Positions 11,801 to 26,800 of a stretch of 64,000 nt of DNA are shown piece after piece. Origin of the DNA: Phoronis australis (taxonomy: Eukaryota > Animalia > Phoronida); the NCBI GenBank assembly GCA_002633005.1, contig NMRA01000373.1, positions 124,001 to 188,000 on the forward strand, read 5' to 3'. The translations under genes were made by a program, and so were the position numbers. The notes beneath the pieces are model-generated. The model was given only the letters and a program-made list of their open reading frames with translations. It did no database searches and was not told where the DNA came from. Position 1 is the stretch's first letter; every line of letters begins with the position of its first letter.

Positions 11801-14800
11801 AAGTTACAGAGAGCATGTACAAAAATAACCCGGCTAGTAACCACATCAGTTCAACAATACCATAAGTGTCACTTGTGGGAACAAAAACTTACCAGATCTC
11901 TTGAAACTCATCTCATTTGGTTTTATACTAAATACATAAAGTCCAACCAATAAGCATGCTAAGGTTACGTGGGAACTTATCGACAAGTCTAACATACATT
12001 TAGCCAAATTTCTACAAACTGCAGAATTTAACTCAGCAAAAGTATTTATTTTCTGAAAGCAGCAATTCTGCAGCAATTGATTTTTTACTTTATACCCATC
12101 TGCCACCAATTAACTAATATGTGACCTTATTTTTTAAGAAAATTTAGCAAAATATAAACTTTAAGGTAAATAGATTTTGTAGCAAAAAGCAGAATCAATA
12201 AAATGACCACATTCCATATGGTGTAAAACATTCAAGATAAAATCTCAAAAACGCTTTTACAGTTTTCTAAACTGTCGTTTCACTTTTTTTCATAAACATC
12301 CTAAATCCTATTTTTAAAAGCCCCTTATGCAAAAGTGGAACATTTTTAGACACTTCCTAACAGCGTTTTGGAGAACAGAGTACAAAGCATAATAGAGGAA
12401 AGTTTCATGCTAATCCAACCAGCCATTTCTGATAGGAAATTTAGGTCAATTATAAAGCGTTTTTCCAACTCTGAAGAAAGAGGAAAGTTGAATTTGGGAT
12501 TTACGAATATCAAAAAAGTCATTTCACACATTTCTGCTAGTTATGAATACCTGAGGAGTTTACTTGCAACCACCCTGTTCCGTAAAGACTTGTGTCCTCG
12601 GTCACCAGGTCGTAACCTGAACGACACTCATTGACAATGTCAGACATCACATTTGGAACAATACACGAATCTACAAGATAAGAATAATTCTGTAAAAGTC
12701 ATCTCTGGTGTTAGGCAAATACATGACGATAATTTGAATTAAGAAGTTTCCCATTCTTTTATTTAAAAGAGCTCCAATTATGTAACTATTAACCAAGTTA
12801 CAACCAAAATACAATTGACTTATCGCCATGATTTTGAGTGACAGCTTAACTGACCAATCACAACCCAGCATTCTTGATACACCTTCATTTCCAAGCCACC
12901 ATTTTACCCAACAAACACCACGTTGCTGGGTAAAACTTATTGTTTGTTTGTCGACTTTTTGCAAGGGGGAGGAGCTTACGATAGGTCAATTAGAACAACT
13001 TACAGTACTATGCCTCATACTATGCAAATCGAGTGAAGTGACTATAGTAGGTCAAGTGTTGATGACTGTTGAAAGGCTGATGGCATCTTCAGAATGACAT
13101 CAATTGACAAACAGTAATTTATCCAACATTAAACTAGGTGCATACACCCTGAACAGTATTATTGATCATAATTGCAGAACATCTAGCTATTATCACTCTC
13201 TAAAGACAAAATATCATGAAACTGTACTTTTCAATATTCTGCTTGAAGTTCTTAGACGCAAAAGTTTTCAATTCACCATTCACAAACAATATGAAAGAGC
13301 ACTTACATTCTGATAAGGAAACACTTCAGCTGAGTATACTAGGCTATGTTTCATAAGTTGACTAACCTGAATCAATCCTTAGCTGCCTGAGTCTGGCCAC
13401 ACCCATTAAGTAGCCATTCTTGTCGGCAGTGAACTGCCCCTGAATTGTGTCGCCGTTGTAGTAAGTAGTTTGGTAAAGACCTGGCAACACCGTCAACTCC
13501 ATCCACTGCCAGAAGTTGTCAAAATTAGTCACCTGAAATGTAATATTGAGGTTACATAACACCTTATCGACTAATCTACCCATTCACCCAACTATCTATT
13601 CTACACAACTATAAATTTCAACTCAAAAATCTGCAATTTAACTAATAACTTTTATAACACAGCCCCAGAAATCACTTTCGCATTACATCCAGGTTCTCAT
13701 TCACTCCGTTGCACAGATTCACAAGTAAGACTGAGCTCAGAGGAATAGGAGACACCTTTGTACAATGGTCGAATGTCAACCAGTGAAGCCAAGATTTGAA
13801 CCCAAGTCTCCCAAGCGAGAGTCCGGAGCTCTGACTACTGAGCCACACTGTCTCCTTATTAACTAATAACTGAGCACCATGATAGTGGCACTGTGACTTA
13901 GTCATCCCCACGGGAATGTGTAGTAAATGGTTGAATTTTTCTGTCATGACATATTTTGTAGGTTGCCGTCTAACAGATTCTGAAGAGAAACGAGCCATTT
14001 TAAAACTGACTCAGTGACTGTACAAAATTGCATGAAACAATACCAGGTTCATTTAGGAAAACAACATTTTCTTCAAAGTCCCTTCCAAATGCAAATTTAA
14101 CAAGAGCAACGCGGAGCGTAGAAATGTACCCACGAATGCACCACAAACCGTGTGCTCCTAGAGTTGTTTATTTGTATAAAAAATGGCCACTAGATGGCGC
14201 TAAACATCCAATCCATCTGAAAACAGAACAAGAAAGCTATAATATTTACCAAATTTCATAATAATCTGTCAAGGAAAAAAATGAAATTGCCACAAGGGGG
14301 CAAAGCGTCCACTTGAAAGCTGTCATCGTCTATTGTTGGCTTCATATTAATACACTTAAGGAGAAATAGCTATGGGCGCAAAACAAAACTACCACTAGGA
14401 GGCGCCACAGTATTCCAAGTTGTCATCGTCAACTGTCCTCATGACACTGAGAACCTATACGCCAATTTTCAAAATCATTCTTGGAATGGTTTGGTTGATA
14501 GAGAGATGGATACTAAAAACAGATTCAAAAACAGTAAAAATGGCAACTAGGTGGCACAAAATACACCGAATCCATCTGAAAATGAATAGCGTCACCTCAC
14601 CAATAGATGTCTATATTCCAAATCCATTGAGGACCTTTGAGCATAGAGGTAAATGTTAAAAACTAAAATTGCCACCAGGGGGCACACTCATGGTAGTCAA
14701 ATCATTGTGAAAGTTGTCGCCGACCGTTGTCAACATCATATAAATAAACTTGCTAAGTTTAGTAAAGATCCTACAAACAGTTTAGGATATACAGCCATGG

Positions 14801-17800
14801 GCACAAAAAACAAAACTGCCATTAGGAAGTGCCACAGTGGTCAAAGTTGTCAGAAAACCATCGTCAGCTATTCCCTTCATGGTTTGGTTGATAGAGGGGT
14901 GGATGCCAAAAAACAGACCCGAAAACAGTAAAAATGGCTACTAGGTGGTGCAAAATACCTCGCACCCATCCAAAAACAGTAGGATAGCGTCACCTCACTA
15001 ATACATGCCTATGTCAAATTTTATGAGAATCGGTTGAGGACCTTTGAAGATACACATGTCAAGTAAACGTAAAAAAAAATAAAATTGCCACTAGGGGGCC
15101 CAACCATAGTTCGATTGATGCCAAAGCCGTCGTCGTTCGTTTTCAACATCATATAAAATTACTATACTTGCTACATTTAGTAAAAGATCTAGCTAATGGG
15201 TGCAAAAAACATAACTGCCACTACGAGGCGCCACAGTAGTCGAAGTCCTCGGAAAATCATTGTCAGCTGCCCTCTTTATAGTAAAAATAACATATACGCC
15301 AATTCTCAAAATCATATCCAGAGCGGTTTCATTGATAGAAGGGCGGATGCCAAAAAACAGTAAAAATGGCCACTAGGTGGTGAAAAGTACCTCGAATTCG
15401 TCTGAAAACAGAGATGACAACAATATGCGACCACATATAAATATGTGGGCGCATAAAAACTGTCTGTGCACAATACTGAGGACAGGTGGATTTCTTCCTC
15501 ATATTTCACAACCAAATTTAAAATTGAGAAAATGTTATTTTAGTTTATTCTTAACAGCTTGCACTCTAAAGCTGTAATCAACCACAACAAGGCAAATTTT
15601 TGAGTATTTGCATTATTGCAGCAAACCATTACAAAATAGAAATGACAAATAAAAATTTGGTTACCTTGATAATACTTTTTGTACAAAATAGAAGAAAGTT
15701 TATTGATCGGCCTCAAAAACCTTAAAAAGGGTTTGTTTCATGAAATGCGACTTAAGACTAAAAAGTCAGAAATTTGGTCTTACACTCCACAAAAATATTA
15801 ATTTCAGAAAGATAATTTAACCTCACTTGAGCAAAAGCGCAAACTCTCCGAGACGAATAGTTACTTAAAACTTGTGTGACTTAATTATTTCTGTGATACG
15901 CTCATAATTACTTGACTAAACACTTTTCAACATTTCTGAAGTGGGAGCACTAGTTAAATAAAACTAATTTTCTGTCTTTATGCTTTTTAAGGCACATTAC
16001 ATCAAACAGGCCCCTGGAGTGATACATCACATAACAGTCAGCAGAACATTGTGACAACCAACCTTAGTCATGGGAAACGGTAGTCGAGCCTTGTCCCCAG
16101 GTGGCACGTTGTCATGCAGACCCTGGACAAAGACATTGTTCATATTCTCCTGCATGCCGTACATCCAGGGGTCCCTGTTGGAGTAGGCGCACAGGGATAG
16201 TAGCATCATGAATAAGATGTAGAAGACGATCTCACGGACGATGGCCTGCATTTTGATCTCTTTCAACCTGCCATGGGTGAATAGATATTAAATGCATGGA
16301 AGGATGCTGAAGGATGAATGAACAGAGGAATGACTGGCTGGTTGGAAGAATGAACAGAGGGATGGTTGAATGATTGTTCTCATTGAACAAAACATAGAAA
16401 ACTAACTTAAGGTAGAATGCAACTCAGATTAGTGTTCGAATCCTAAAAATTGTTCTTTTGTGGGTTCTTTTCACCCAGGCACTAAACTCACATTACAAGG
16501 GTAGGCCAATAAAAATGGTGCTGCACATTTTTGCTAATTAAATGTTAAAAATGTACAAGCTGAAATAACCAAAGCTGGCACATTCCACTTACTAGTGCGT
16601 ATCACTGCTCGAAATCAAACACATTGTCAGAGACACAGCGCACTCATGTGGCGTCAGTAGTAACAGTACCCCAACTTGAGGATTGAAGAGGTCAGACACT
16701 GAACGGAATGTTTAGAGATATTTCATTCTTACCCCACAGTCGGTTAACTTCAGTTGGCAAATGATTTTCAAGTACAAGCACACATAATAGAAGGAAAGTG
16801 GACCCCTTGAAATCATTTACCCCTAAATTGGACTGTGGCTTCAGAACACAAAGAGTATAATGGTAACTGACTTGGTCTTTAAACACGCTATGAATGTCAC
16901 TGAAGCTTGAATGCTCCAGCACCTCCATGAGTGGTGTCAGTTATGTAATTCAAAATATTAAAAATATTACAACTACACTACTTGAATCTACTGTGAACAT
17001 CTTCCCCATCAGAAAACTCAGGTGCCACCCATGATGTTCACAACATGCCTTCACCTTGTGGCACGAGCTTCCTTCAGCAGTTCTTCATCGGGTGGCATGA
17101 TAGCCTCACTACTGTCCCTGTCCAGCAATCTGTGGACATAGCGACCATCATGACCGGCTGTTGCAGAGACGTGTAGATATTCCTCATGGTCAGTGAGTGG
17201 TTGAGCCTCCTCATCCTCATCACTGTCCGGTCGTTTGATGACCAGTGCATAGAACAGTGCTAGGATGAGTACCTGAAGACGAGTCCAATTAGAATTACTG
17301 GATGGACAAACAGTATCTCAGACATAAGTCAAGTTTCTAGCATTCAGTAGGGGATTCATGCACTGAACAACAGTTTTCAGCACACCTGCTTTGGCCAGAA
17401 TAGGTGACTGTATATAATTATCTAGTATTCACATGCTTTCCAATAATTAATGCTCCCACTTTAATGCCTTGATAACATCACAATGCCATGCATGTGAATT
17501 TAAGCCAAGTCTCGCATGCACGTCTGCATCTCACTGGAATCTAGCTGTTTCAAAACTGTGCATACAAAAGAATATTCATGTCTTTCTTGGGTTCAAGTCC
17601 CAAGCACACCAGCGTCAAATGTCGGTGTCAAAAAACTAGAATTAGAGCCGTCTAGTCTGTGGTTACATGAACATTGCATCCATCACACAATCACCGCTGA
17701 GCTAATTTCTTCACTCCAACATTCCCATTCACAGACTATGGTTAAACTAACGGACAAGACTTTCATTTTACAAGGTACGTCAAACGAAAATTACCTTTAT

Positions 17801-20800
17801 GGGCTGTGTGAAAAAGATGGACTCCACCAGACTTGTAATCATAGATGCAACCCATTCTCCTGACTTCTCAGGTCCAAAACCTGCACCAACTCCAACAATG
17901 ATGATGAACGCACCAGCCACGCTACCATAACAAAGAATGTAACCAAAAATAATGAACCACCAGGGCAGTAAGCATTTCTTCTTTTTCTTTGGTTTCTTCG
18001 GCACACTCGATCCATCATCAGTAGCTGAACTCCAGACAGGCTCTGAATAAGCAGGTTTTAGGCCTTGGGTGAAGTTTGATGTGTAGGTCCCAGGAGGCGG
18101 GGTACGTAGTATGCGCGATGCGGTCTCGTCTTGTAAGTCAAACTGAGTCTGCAGTTTATCCATGCTCAGCATAGCCATACTCATCCTCGAATACGGCCGA
18201 ATATCTTTTTCATACTTCTCGCCAGACCTCTTCGACAAACTCTCTTGCTTCTTGGACCTCACTGACTGGTTCTTGTTGGATTTTGGAACATCCCTACGCA
18301 ACTGTTTCTTGCCCGACTTCCGCACGTCGCTCATGCGAAAGATTGTGACAACTACGAGACTGATGGGGAACACAATTAGGCTACTAATCAAGCCAGTGTA
18401 GATGCTGTTTAGCGTGAAGACGATGGGACCCAGTTTGATGGACTGGGGTGACTCCACGTTCTGCTCAGTGTCATAGAACAAAATGTTAGCAGTCATCGTA
18501 AGAAATAACAATGACAGACAACACGTCACTCGTTGAACACGTGTAAATGTGCTTCGTGGGGGACGGCTGGCCACAGAGAACCACAAGTGGCCATCAGAAA
18601 GGTTCCGGCGGGTCTTCGTCCAGAACAGATGGTTGAAACTAGTCAGCTCCATCCTGCCAGCAATGGGAATGATACGGTCAATCTACGAAGAAAAAAGACC
18701 GAAGAATTAGCACACATTTGATCAATAATTATAATAATAATAAACTTTATTTAAAGAGGATAAAAAAATACAATAAATGTAAAACATGCTTTAGCCAAAG
18801 GCTAATATCCAGCATGGTCAGTAAATCATCACTAAACTGAAGCGCTTTCAATCAGTCATGAAATTCCTCTTAACAAAATACCACGAACACCACCAATTAT
18901 AAAATACAAGACAAAAGTAATCGGGCGAAATAACATTTTCCTCCATCATGACAGCCGAGATTCTGGTCACAGCAAACTTGGTTTGCAAAATTCTAATAAT
19001 TACAGATTGGCTTACCCGCTTTGCAAACTTCTCTGTTGATTCCCATTCATTCTTGGTCACGAGAGAAGACCACTGAGACTATGAATTTGGCTTCCGCCCA
19101 GCTGTCGTGACTGGGATTTCCAGATTAATTTTGCCTGAATACTTTTGTCTTGTATCGTAACTATTAACTATAAGTTCTCTACTTTTTTATTAGAACAGAA
19201 TAAACAATAAACAGTAGCATCTTGAACCACTTCTGTTGATCATGATCGATTAACACAGAAAATAACATTTTAATGCTAAATATAAAATAAAACAACAGAC
19301 TGAAGTGACACAGGGAATTTCAACGTCTCAGCCTCCATGAAATTACCAAGCCGTCATCTTCTTCGACTGCTAGCCACTGGTCACAGATGAAGTAGTACTT
19401 CTGACCTGTTTGAACATCCTGCACTAGCATACGACTGAAGAACCAGGATGGACTTTTGCCTGAATTGTCATGCCACACTCTTGCATGGAAAAAATAGAAA
19501 TAGGGGCAATGATACCAAGGATACTTGTTAACCATGAAGGCATTCTTATGAAACACAGGCAAAGGTTAATGTTGCTAACACAAATTTAGTTATAACCTTC
19601 ATAATTTCCCTAAATCATATCAGAGTGACCGTTCAGGTTACCCGCACATCGCTAAAAACCAAAATTTTGTGATGAGTCTTTTAATACCAAAAACTGTTTT
19701 CTGAAAGCACACTAAATCACATTCTCATGTGTAAGCCATTTGCTGACAAATGATTCTTAACCTAACATGCCATGAAAAAGTAGTCAGTGTCCAAAATAAA
19801 TACTATCTTTGTGAGAAAGAGAGAACGAAAACACCAAGCAATTGCATGATGATTATAAAACGTAAAACTTGCTAAAAAATCTCAAATTCATTAAAATCAA
19901 GGTTCCTACCTTAAGTGAGACAGTTTTCCGAGTGACTGTGGCACTGTTACCAAAAATGAGTCGATGGCACCTCTTTTCAGAATCGGCCGTTTTTGATCTC
20001 GTAGTAACCTAGGCTTGGTTTCTCCCTCGTCGCCTGACAGCATGAATGAAACTTTGGCCGTAGTGCCACCATTGGTGCGAAAGCCAGTCCAGAGTGTGAT
20101 TTCATAGGAGTATTCATCCAAAGGATTGTTGTCTGGCAATGGAGTCACACCAACCTGAAACACAAACATGGCATTCATAAACAACCGTACAGTTTAGGGG
20201 ATTGATATAATAAGAAAAATGAAAATCTTTTTTCCAGGCTAGGAATACAGAACAGAGATACAGTACGTTGTCCATTTATATTACAGATCTACAGAGCCGT
20301 TAAAGCAGCTAAAGCAAGTTCTGTACTGTTAAAAACTTCTACTTTCTTCACAAGACTGGCTTATATTGCTTTTCCAAAGAAAGAGCACCACATTCTCATT
20401 TTTGTTTGAATTGAAGTTGGTTACAGTAAATCAAATTGGTACACCACTTAGTAAAATTTCTTGACCTAATTCATATACTGACCAGGGTAAGTCTACCTGT
20501 ATACTGGGATGAAGAGCCTAGTACGTCTTCCTCAGATTATGGGTATGCCCGTCGGAGTGTGCATATTATTCAGAAAGAACAAGCAAATAACCTTTAACTT
20601 CTAAAACTTGAGGGTTTGACTTCCATACACTGTGGGGTTAGAGAAATACTTTCAGTAATTGCCACATACAAAACACCTTTTCAAGGACCAACCAATCTCA
20701 CCTTTTCTAGGTCTTTCTTGTCAGCGTACCTGGCCCAGATGACCACAACAAAGTAGATAGCCATGACAGATATTCCAAAAACGAAACAAATAGGGTTGGT

Positions 20801-23800
20801 GTCCAGCTGGCTAAATGCCTCTGCTGGTGGAACGATCTTGTTCATTGGCACATAGAAACTGCTGGCAAACGAGGTCAGGTGGTTACAATGGCAATGAGTC
20901 ACCTGAGGAGAGGTTCTGCTACCGACCTGAAGCCAAAAGAAAACATGGCAATTTAAATCTTAATACAGAGAAATGTCCGTATGGGGCACAGCTATTCAAA
21001 ATGAAGTGGGGTAATTAAGTGATCTCAATTTTTTAGCTGCGGCCATGCTTTCTACACTGTTTGTTAAGCTAATAAACAAGAGTCAAATAAATAGAAAATG
21101 ATCTTAGCAATCCCCAGCAATGAACACCAGACAAGAAAAAATCAAAAATTCAATTGTGTGTGATACATGTAACAGAAATAAGTGGCTGATCAGATTCTAA
21201 TGAAACTTTCAGATACCATGCTTTCTACACTTTTCCAAAATTGTTTTAAATTTTGTTTTAAAAATGTTCTACTTTTGCATGAGGGGCAGTCAAAAATTGG
21301 ATTTTTAAGATTTTTGTAAAAAGACTTTTAACATTGCATAACATGAAAACAAATAATAAGTACAGCACTTTAGAAAACTGCAAGAGAATTTTTGAGACAT
21401 CATCTTGAACATTTAATATAATATAAAAAATCAATCATGTTATTGATAAACTGTTGTTCTGCTATCAAGTTTCTTTTTCACTAAATTTTACTAAAAAGTC
21501 AGTCAAATGACCCAGTGGTAGACTGGTAGAAAGTGAAAGATTAAGTTCTGTTCTCAGCCTTTCTATTTTCAGAAAACAATACTTTTACCGACAAGTTACA
21601 TGGCAAGAATTTAGATGCTTAAGATCCTTCATAAACTTATTATAAACAGAAGCCAGTTGCCATGAAACAGACCCAAGATGAACTGTAGTCACCATTTTGC
21701 TTTCCCACTAGTTCGAGGGGTTCGGTCAGTGGGAAAGACTGAAATTGCCACCACACTCAAAATAAATGGATAAAAGTGGATCAAAGTACAGTGTATCCAA
21801 ACTCCCTTGCAGGGTTAAATGTTAAAGGAAGACCGGCTATTTCCGAGAGATTGCAATGTGCAACACACACATTCAATTGAGAAGTAAATCAGTTACGCTT
21901 TCTGGAGTTTAATACGAAGACGTATACAGCTGAAACTGAGGTGTCACTTGCCAGAGAGAGTTGATAGGAAAGGCAATGGAGTTACAGTGGAGTTTTGACA
22001 GAACAGAAGTTCCCCAATTGGGAAACCATCATAGACATGTATTTCACTAGAGAGCCTGCCAACTTCCCCTGCAAGCCATGTTGTTCTACTTCAACAGGTA
22101 AGGTGGCCAAATGATATGATTAGTGCAGATTGGAAGTCAATTTACCTGATACCCAGGAGTGTAGCCATCTGGTCACCATTGTATTGTCGCTCAACAGACG
22201 TTTTTTTGTAGATAACCACACAGCTACTGACATAATCTTTTACCAAAAATATCTCTGGGGCCAGACCTTGTTTGCTAATAGTCCTTATCACAGTATCATT
22301 AAATGTGTATTAAACAAAAGGTAAATTTTTGGCCAGCTTTGGTTTCTCTGCTATACTCGACTGCATGCAGCTCCGCATTCAAAGAAAAATACTCAAAAGC
22401 TCACAAGTTTCCCCATATCACATTAGTGCATAGATGAGGGCTTTTTCAAGCTGGTGGTACCGTTATGCTTTGCTGGTAGCAACTGTTTGGCTGTGTCCCT
22501 GAAGGGGTAATATACACACTAAGACCCCCTCCCTTCGTAGATCTGCCACAAAGGTTGGGTCCCATATTATGCCAAACACTTTCATTATGCTTGATGAACT
22601 TGTGGGCTATAGAGATCCACCTTGAGAGATTGACTCACCCAGTTGTGGTTAATGTGATGCTAAGCTCGGTGTCTACTTAACGTTGTTAATAGCGCCTACC
22701 TGACAACCCTCCGTGGACCAGTCGTTGACGACCTTGTCAAAATACTGACACGCTGCACTAAACACTTGGACAGAATAGTTGACTGTGACAAACTGAACTC
22801 CATTCAAGTCCGCCAGGGTGATATTCTGCCAATGTTTGCCAAGGCTTGATGAGTTGACGGCTCTCAGGCCAAAGTAGAAATCTTTCTGTTCAGTTCTGAA
22901 ATGACATCACATGACAACACATAGCATCACCATAGGGCTTTCAAATGCTAGCAGAGGCGATAATTTAATGCACCAAAAAGGCCAAACAGAGTGGCTAAAT
23001 ATCCATTGGCCAGGAAGGCAGGAACCCCAGTTTTGGAACTATATGTCTGAGCAGATGTCACACTTTTAACTCCCCACAGATATGGACTGCTTCTCCATCA
23101 CAGAATACTTCCTAGCAGATTTTGGTACACATCTGAGTCAACTGGATCAAGCAATACAACTGCAGCGCCCTCAGTTGCTAAAAGGTACAACACCAAGGCA
23201 GCAAAAGTGACTGGAACTCACAACCTCTCAACTGCAGCCCACCAGCTGCAGAGTCACATTACCATTGCTATAGGCTAAAGGGATAACTTTCTGAATGAAT
23301 TCATGGTTGCCCATCATCCACCACCATCACAGTCAGTTCGATCAGGTCCTCACGGCACATGATTTCACTTAAAACATTGTTGCCAATAGTGCAACAATAT
23401 GTTTACACTCAGATATGTGGTGTATCGATGTCATAATAACTTGCACTATTCCTAAATATTTTAAGTACATAATTCCAAAACCTCACGCTTGGTTTCAACT
23501 CCAGGCCAGCAACAATGGTTTCCAAATTTAGGCTAAGGCCAGATATCAAATCTAGTCCACTAAACTCTTAGACTAACAAATCACTTTCATCAACGGGAAT
23601 CAGAGAAATGAAACTCAATGCATCTAGTTTTCATGGTTCAATTTCAATGTGTTTCTTTGGGTAGAAGTGATTTTAACTTCAAAAATTAAATTTCATAAGC
23701 CAAACAGTTCGAAAATTGTCAATTTTTGTCCAAAACATATCAGCCTATTTCAGCGAACTGAATGTTTTATTGTAGAAATTTGCTCTACTCAACACAGAAG

Positions 23801-26800
23801 GACCTTAAATAAGCATTCCTGATACACAAGCTTCTTGACAACAATGATTCTTAAACAAATCTGTTGACGAAATACAAAAGGGAATGAAACGGGTTTCTCA
23901 TGATATGAAAAGTAAACTTACAATTTCAGTAGAACATTATCGATGAAACACTTGGGCGTCACTGTCAAGTTTTTGTCTCCACTCATCAATGGGTTCACTA
24001 AACATGCATAATCATAATCTGTCTCGGACCCTTCCTCTCCCGCCTTGATGAAAATGGCGAAAATGATGACATCGTCAGAACCAGACATATTTGTTTGTGT
24101 TGAGTTTGTCGTGCTATTACTGTACATCGATGAATTATTATAATGACCGCCACGCACAACTGTTGAGTTTCCTTTGCCATTGCTTTGGAAAGACGTGGCA
24201 TTTCCAACGTCACCAAGCTGTGGTGCAGCAGTCGTTGGCAACATGGTGAAAATGGTGGCATTATTTGTCATTGGGTCAGTTGTGGCATTTCCAGTCACGT
24301 TTAGAATTGTGGAATTTGACAGTTCCACTGTTGAAGTCAAGGTCGTCTCTTCCCCGGTGTCATTGCAACTTCCAGCTGCTACAAGAATTACAAAGGATGA
24401 CTGTGGCGGCAATGTAGTTCTGTGTACGATCATGTGATCTTGACTGGGACGTGTTATGCCACACACTGGTTCCAATGGTTTGGCATTCTTTTGCTACAAA
24501 TAGGAAAAATTCACACCTGGTGAGTGTCACTGGTGATAACTGTAACTTGTATACTAAAGTGAAGGCAGACCACCAAGTCCCTAAAGATGTCACTCACTGC
24601 CAAATTTGAACCAATAACAGCAGTTCGTGCGCACTGGAATCCATCTTGCGTAGATAGGTTTAAACGCTCAAGATGAATAATTACACTTTATTGCCCGTAC
24701 GTACCGATTCTTTATCATGTAAAAGTATAGAATACATGAGTGTATACCCATAACGTTTAGCAGCCCTGATATACAAACAAAAGCTGGGTACCTGAATGAA
24801 CACTTCTATCCGCTGAGTGTCAGGCAAATCCTTCACTTTAGTAACGTTGCCCAGATCATTATGCACTTCCATGCTGATTACTCCACTGGTGATGTTTGCA
24901 GATTTTGCTGAAAATGTGAAAGGATTGCTTGGTTGGAAGACCACCTAGAAAAAAAAAGACTTTTATTAGATGTCAGATGAACTCACATAAACTTAAGCCA
25001 TGTAAGTCTGAATCATTAAATTAATTGAGGCATACATAGAGGTACGGTACCTCAGCCTCACAACTAAGAGACTAGCTTTATATTCGGATTCTGTTCTATC
25101 AGGCAAGGGTAAAACATTATATGTGTGGTAATGAGAGATCTTCAAGTAGAAAATTAATGTGTATAATCTGGTTTGAAAATTAAAATCAAAATCAAACTAA
25201 TATCTAAACGTACTAAGCTTTCGTAGTAATAAGCCGTGCTGTTGCCTTGATTGAATATGTCACCGTTGGTGACTTGAGGAAGAATAAACTGGCTCCCCCC
25301 TTCATCAGCAGAGAGCGTCTTGTTCGACAAGGCAGCGGCGTAGTTCTTTGCCACAGAATAGGAGAGTGACTTAGACTCAATGGTAGTAGCTGTCTCACCA
25401 ATCACCTTGATGTCGGAGATAGTTTTACTGACAGTGTCAATTGCAGCCATAAGCTCTTTCACCTGAGAAAAATGACACCAGACTTCAGATAGCTTTCTGC
25501 ACTTAAATTAAACAATGTGTCAATTAAAGCTGTTATAAACAACGTCCTCGTGTTAAAAACATCAAATATTTTCGTAGGCGCATTTGCACTTACTAAGCAA
25601 GGTTACCGCATTTTACCTTCTGTTTAAATTGGAAATGGTTATAATGGTTGCCGCTAATGTCTTGATAGCTTTTACTCCCACGGCGCTTGAAATTACTCTA
25701 AGTGACCAAAGGCCTCTTGTCGGCTGTCAACTGATTGTGCCTGGCTTTTAATTAAATGCTGCAAACCTTTGGGCTTTCAAATGCATTGAATTTCATTCTC
25801 GCTTCAAGGTCAAAACTGAATTATTTTTTCAAGACCAGTCGTCCCAGCTTTATGCTATTTTGTACGTGGTATGCAGTTTAAGCAGGATCTGGGTTCTGTT
25901 TCATGAAAAGTGACTTTTCAGTCTTAAAAGACTTAAGACATACACTTGGTTTTGCGTTCCACACAACTATTTCAGGAAAATGATTAAATCTTGATTCTGA
26001 GTAAAAGTACAGTGCCTTTGAGAACATGCACAAATCTGTTACAAAATTGAACTTCATCTTTGAATTATTTCTAGACTGTGAAATGCTCATCATATCACGT
26101 TTTGATGATAGACCGACCCGAAAAACCTCACCTCATTTTTCGGTCGGTGGAAATTTCTGAGAAAACCACAAACCTTTGTTTGGCTACTAACATGAAATTT
26201 CACAGTTCACCTATACATGTTACCTGATGGCGTTAAGTTCCACTGCCAGACTAAGAGTAATCAATTTGTTTATTGCCCCTACAGCCTGAATGGATAATAA
26301 ACTCTTGAAATCGTTGATAAAAGTGTGTCAAGTTATAGTCTCTGTAACCCCTGAGATTCTATCAGGCACATTTCGCGTTAGGATAATTACATTACAAAAC
26401 TTTTCAGGAACAGTGCAATAGGAGTGTAAGACCAAATTTCTGACAGTCTTGAGCCATATTCATGAAGCAGGCACCAGAATCAAAAGCAATTGCACAGAAA
26501 AAGATTGCCAGAAATCTGAATTAGGCCATGAGACGCCATCAGCTGCTTGCACACAGTAATTGTACAGGCAGTAAACGTCACACAAAGTTCAGAGAGATGC
26601 AGCTGTGTTCATTTGGTAAATATTATAACAGGACTTGAACATTTTCCTTTCAGACGAGCATACAACCAAGTCCTTGCACTCTATCCATTCACGTGCTTTG
26701 AGCAATTACATGATGGGCAGTAGGTCTAGCACACCAGTACACATGCATTGGTCAAAATTCATGGATGGCCGTTTAGCTGATCGTGGGTGTTCGCCTGAAT

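Noticed and set aside
14099-15459. CRISPR-like reading of the regularly spaced CCACTAG motifs
   Set aside because: Eukaryotic context; the spacers are long and homologous to each other; no cas genes. Explained by HINE central repeats.
17975-18005. PKKPKKKKK as a nuclear localisation signal
   Set aside because: A basic cluster just before the LPWW TM segment is a usual juxtamembrane feature in this family.
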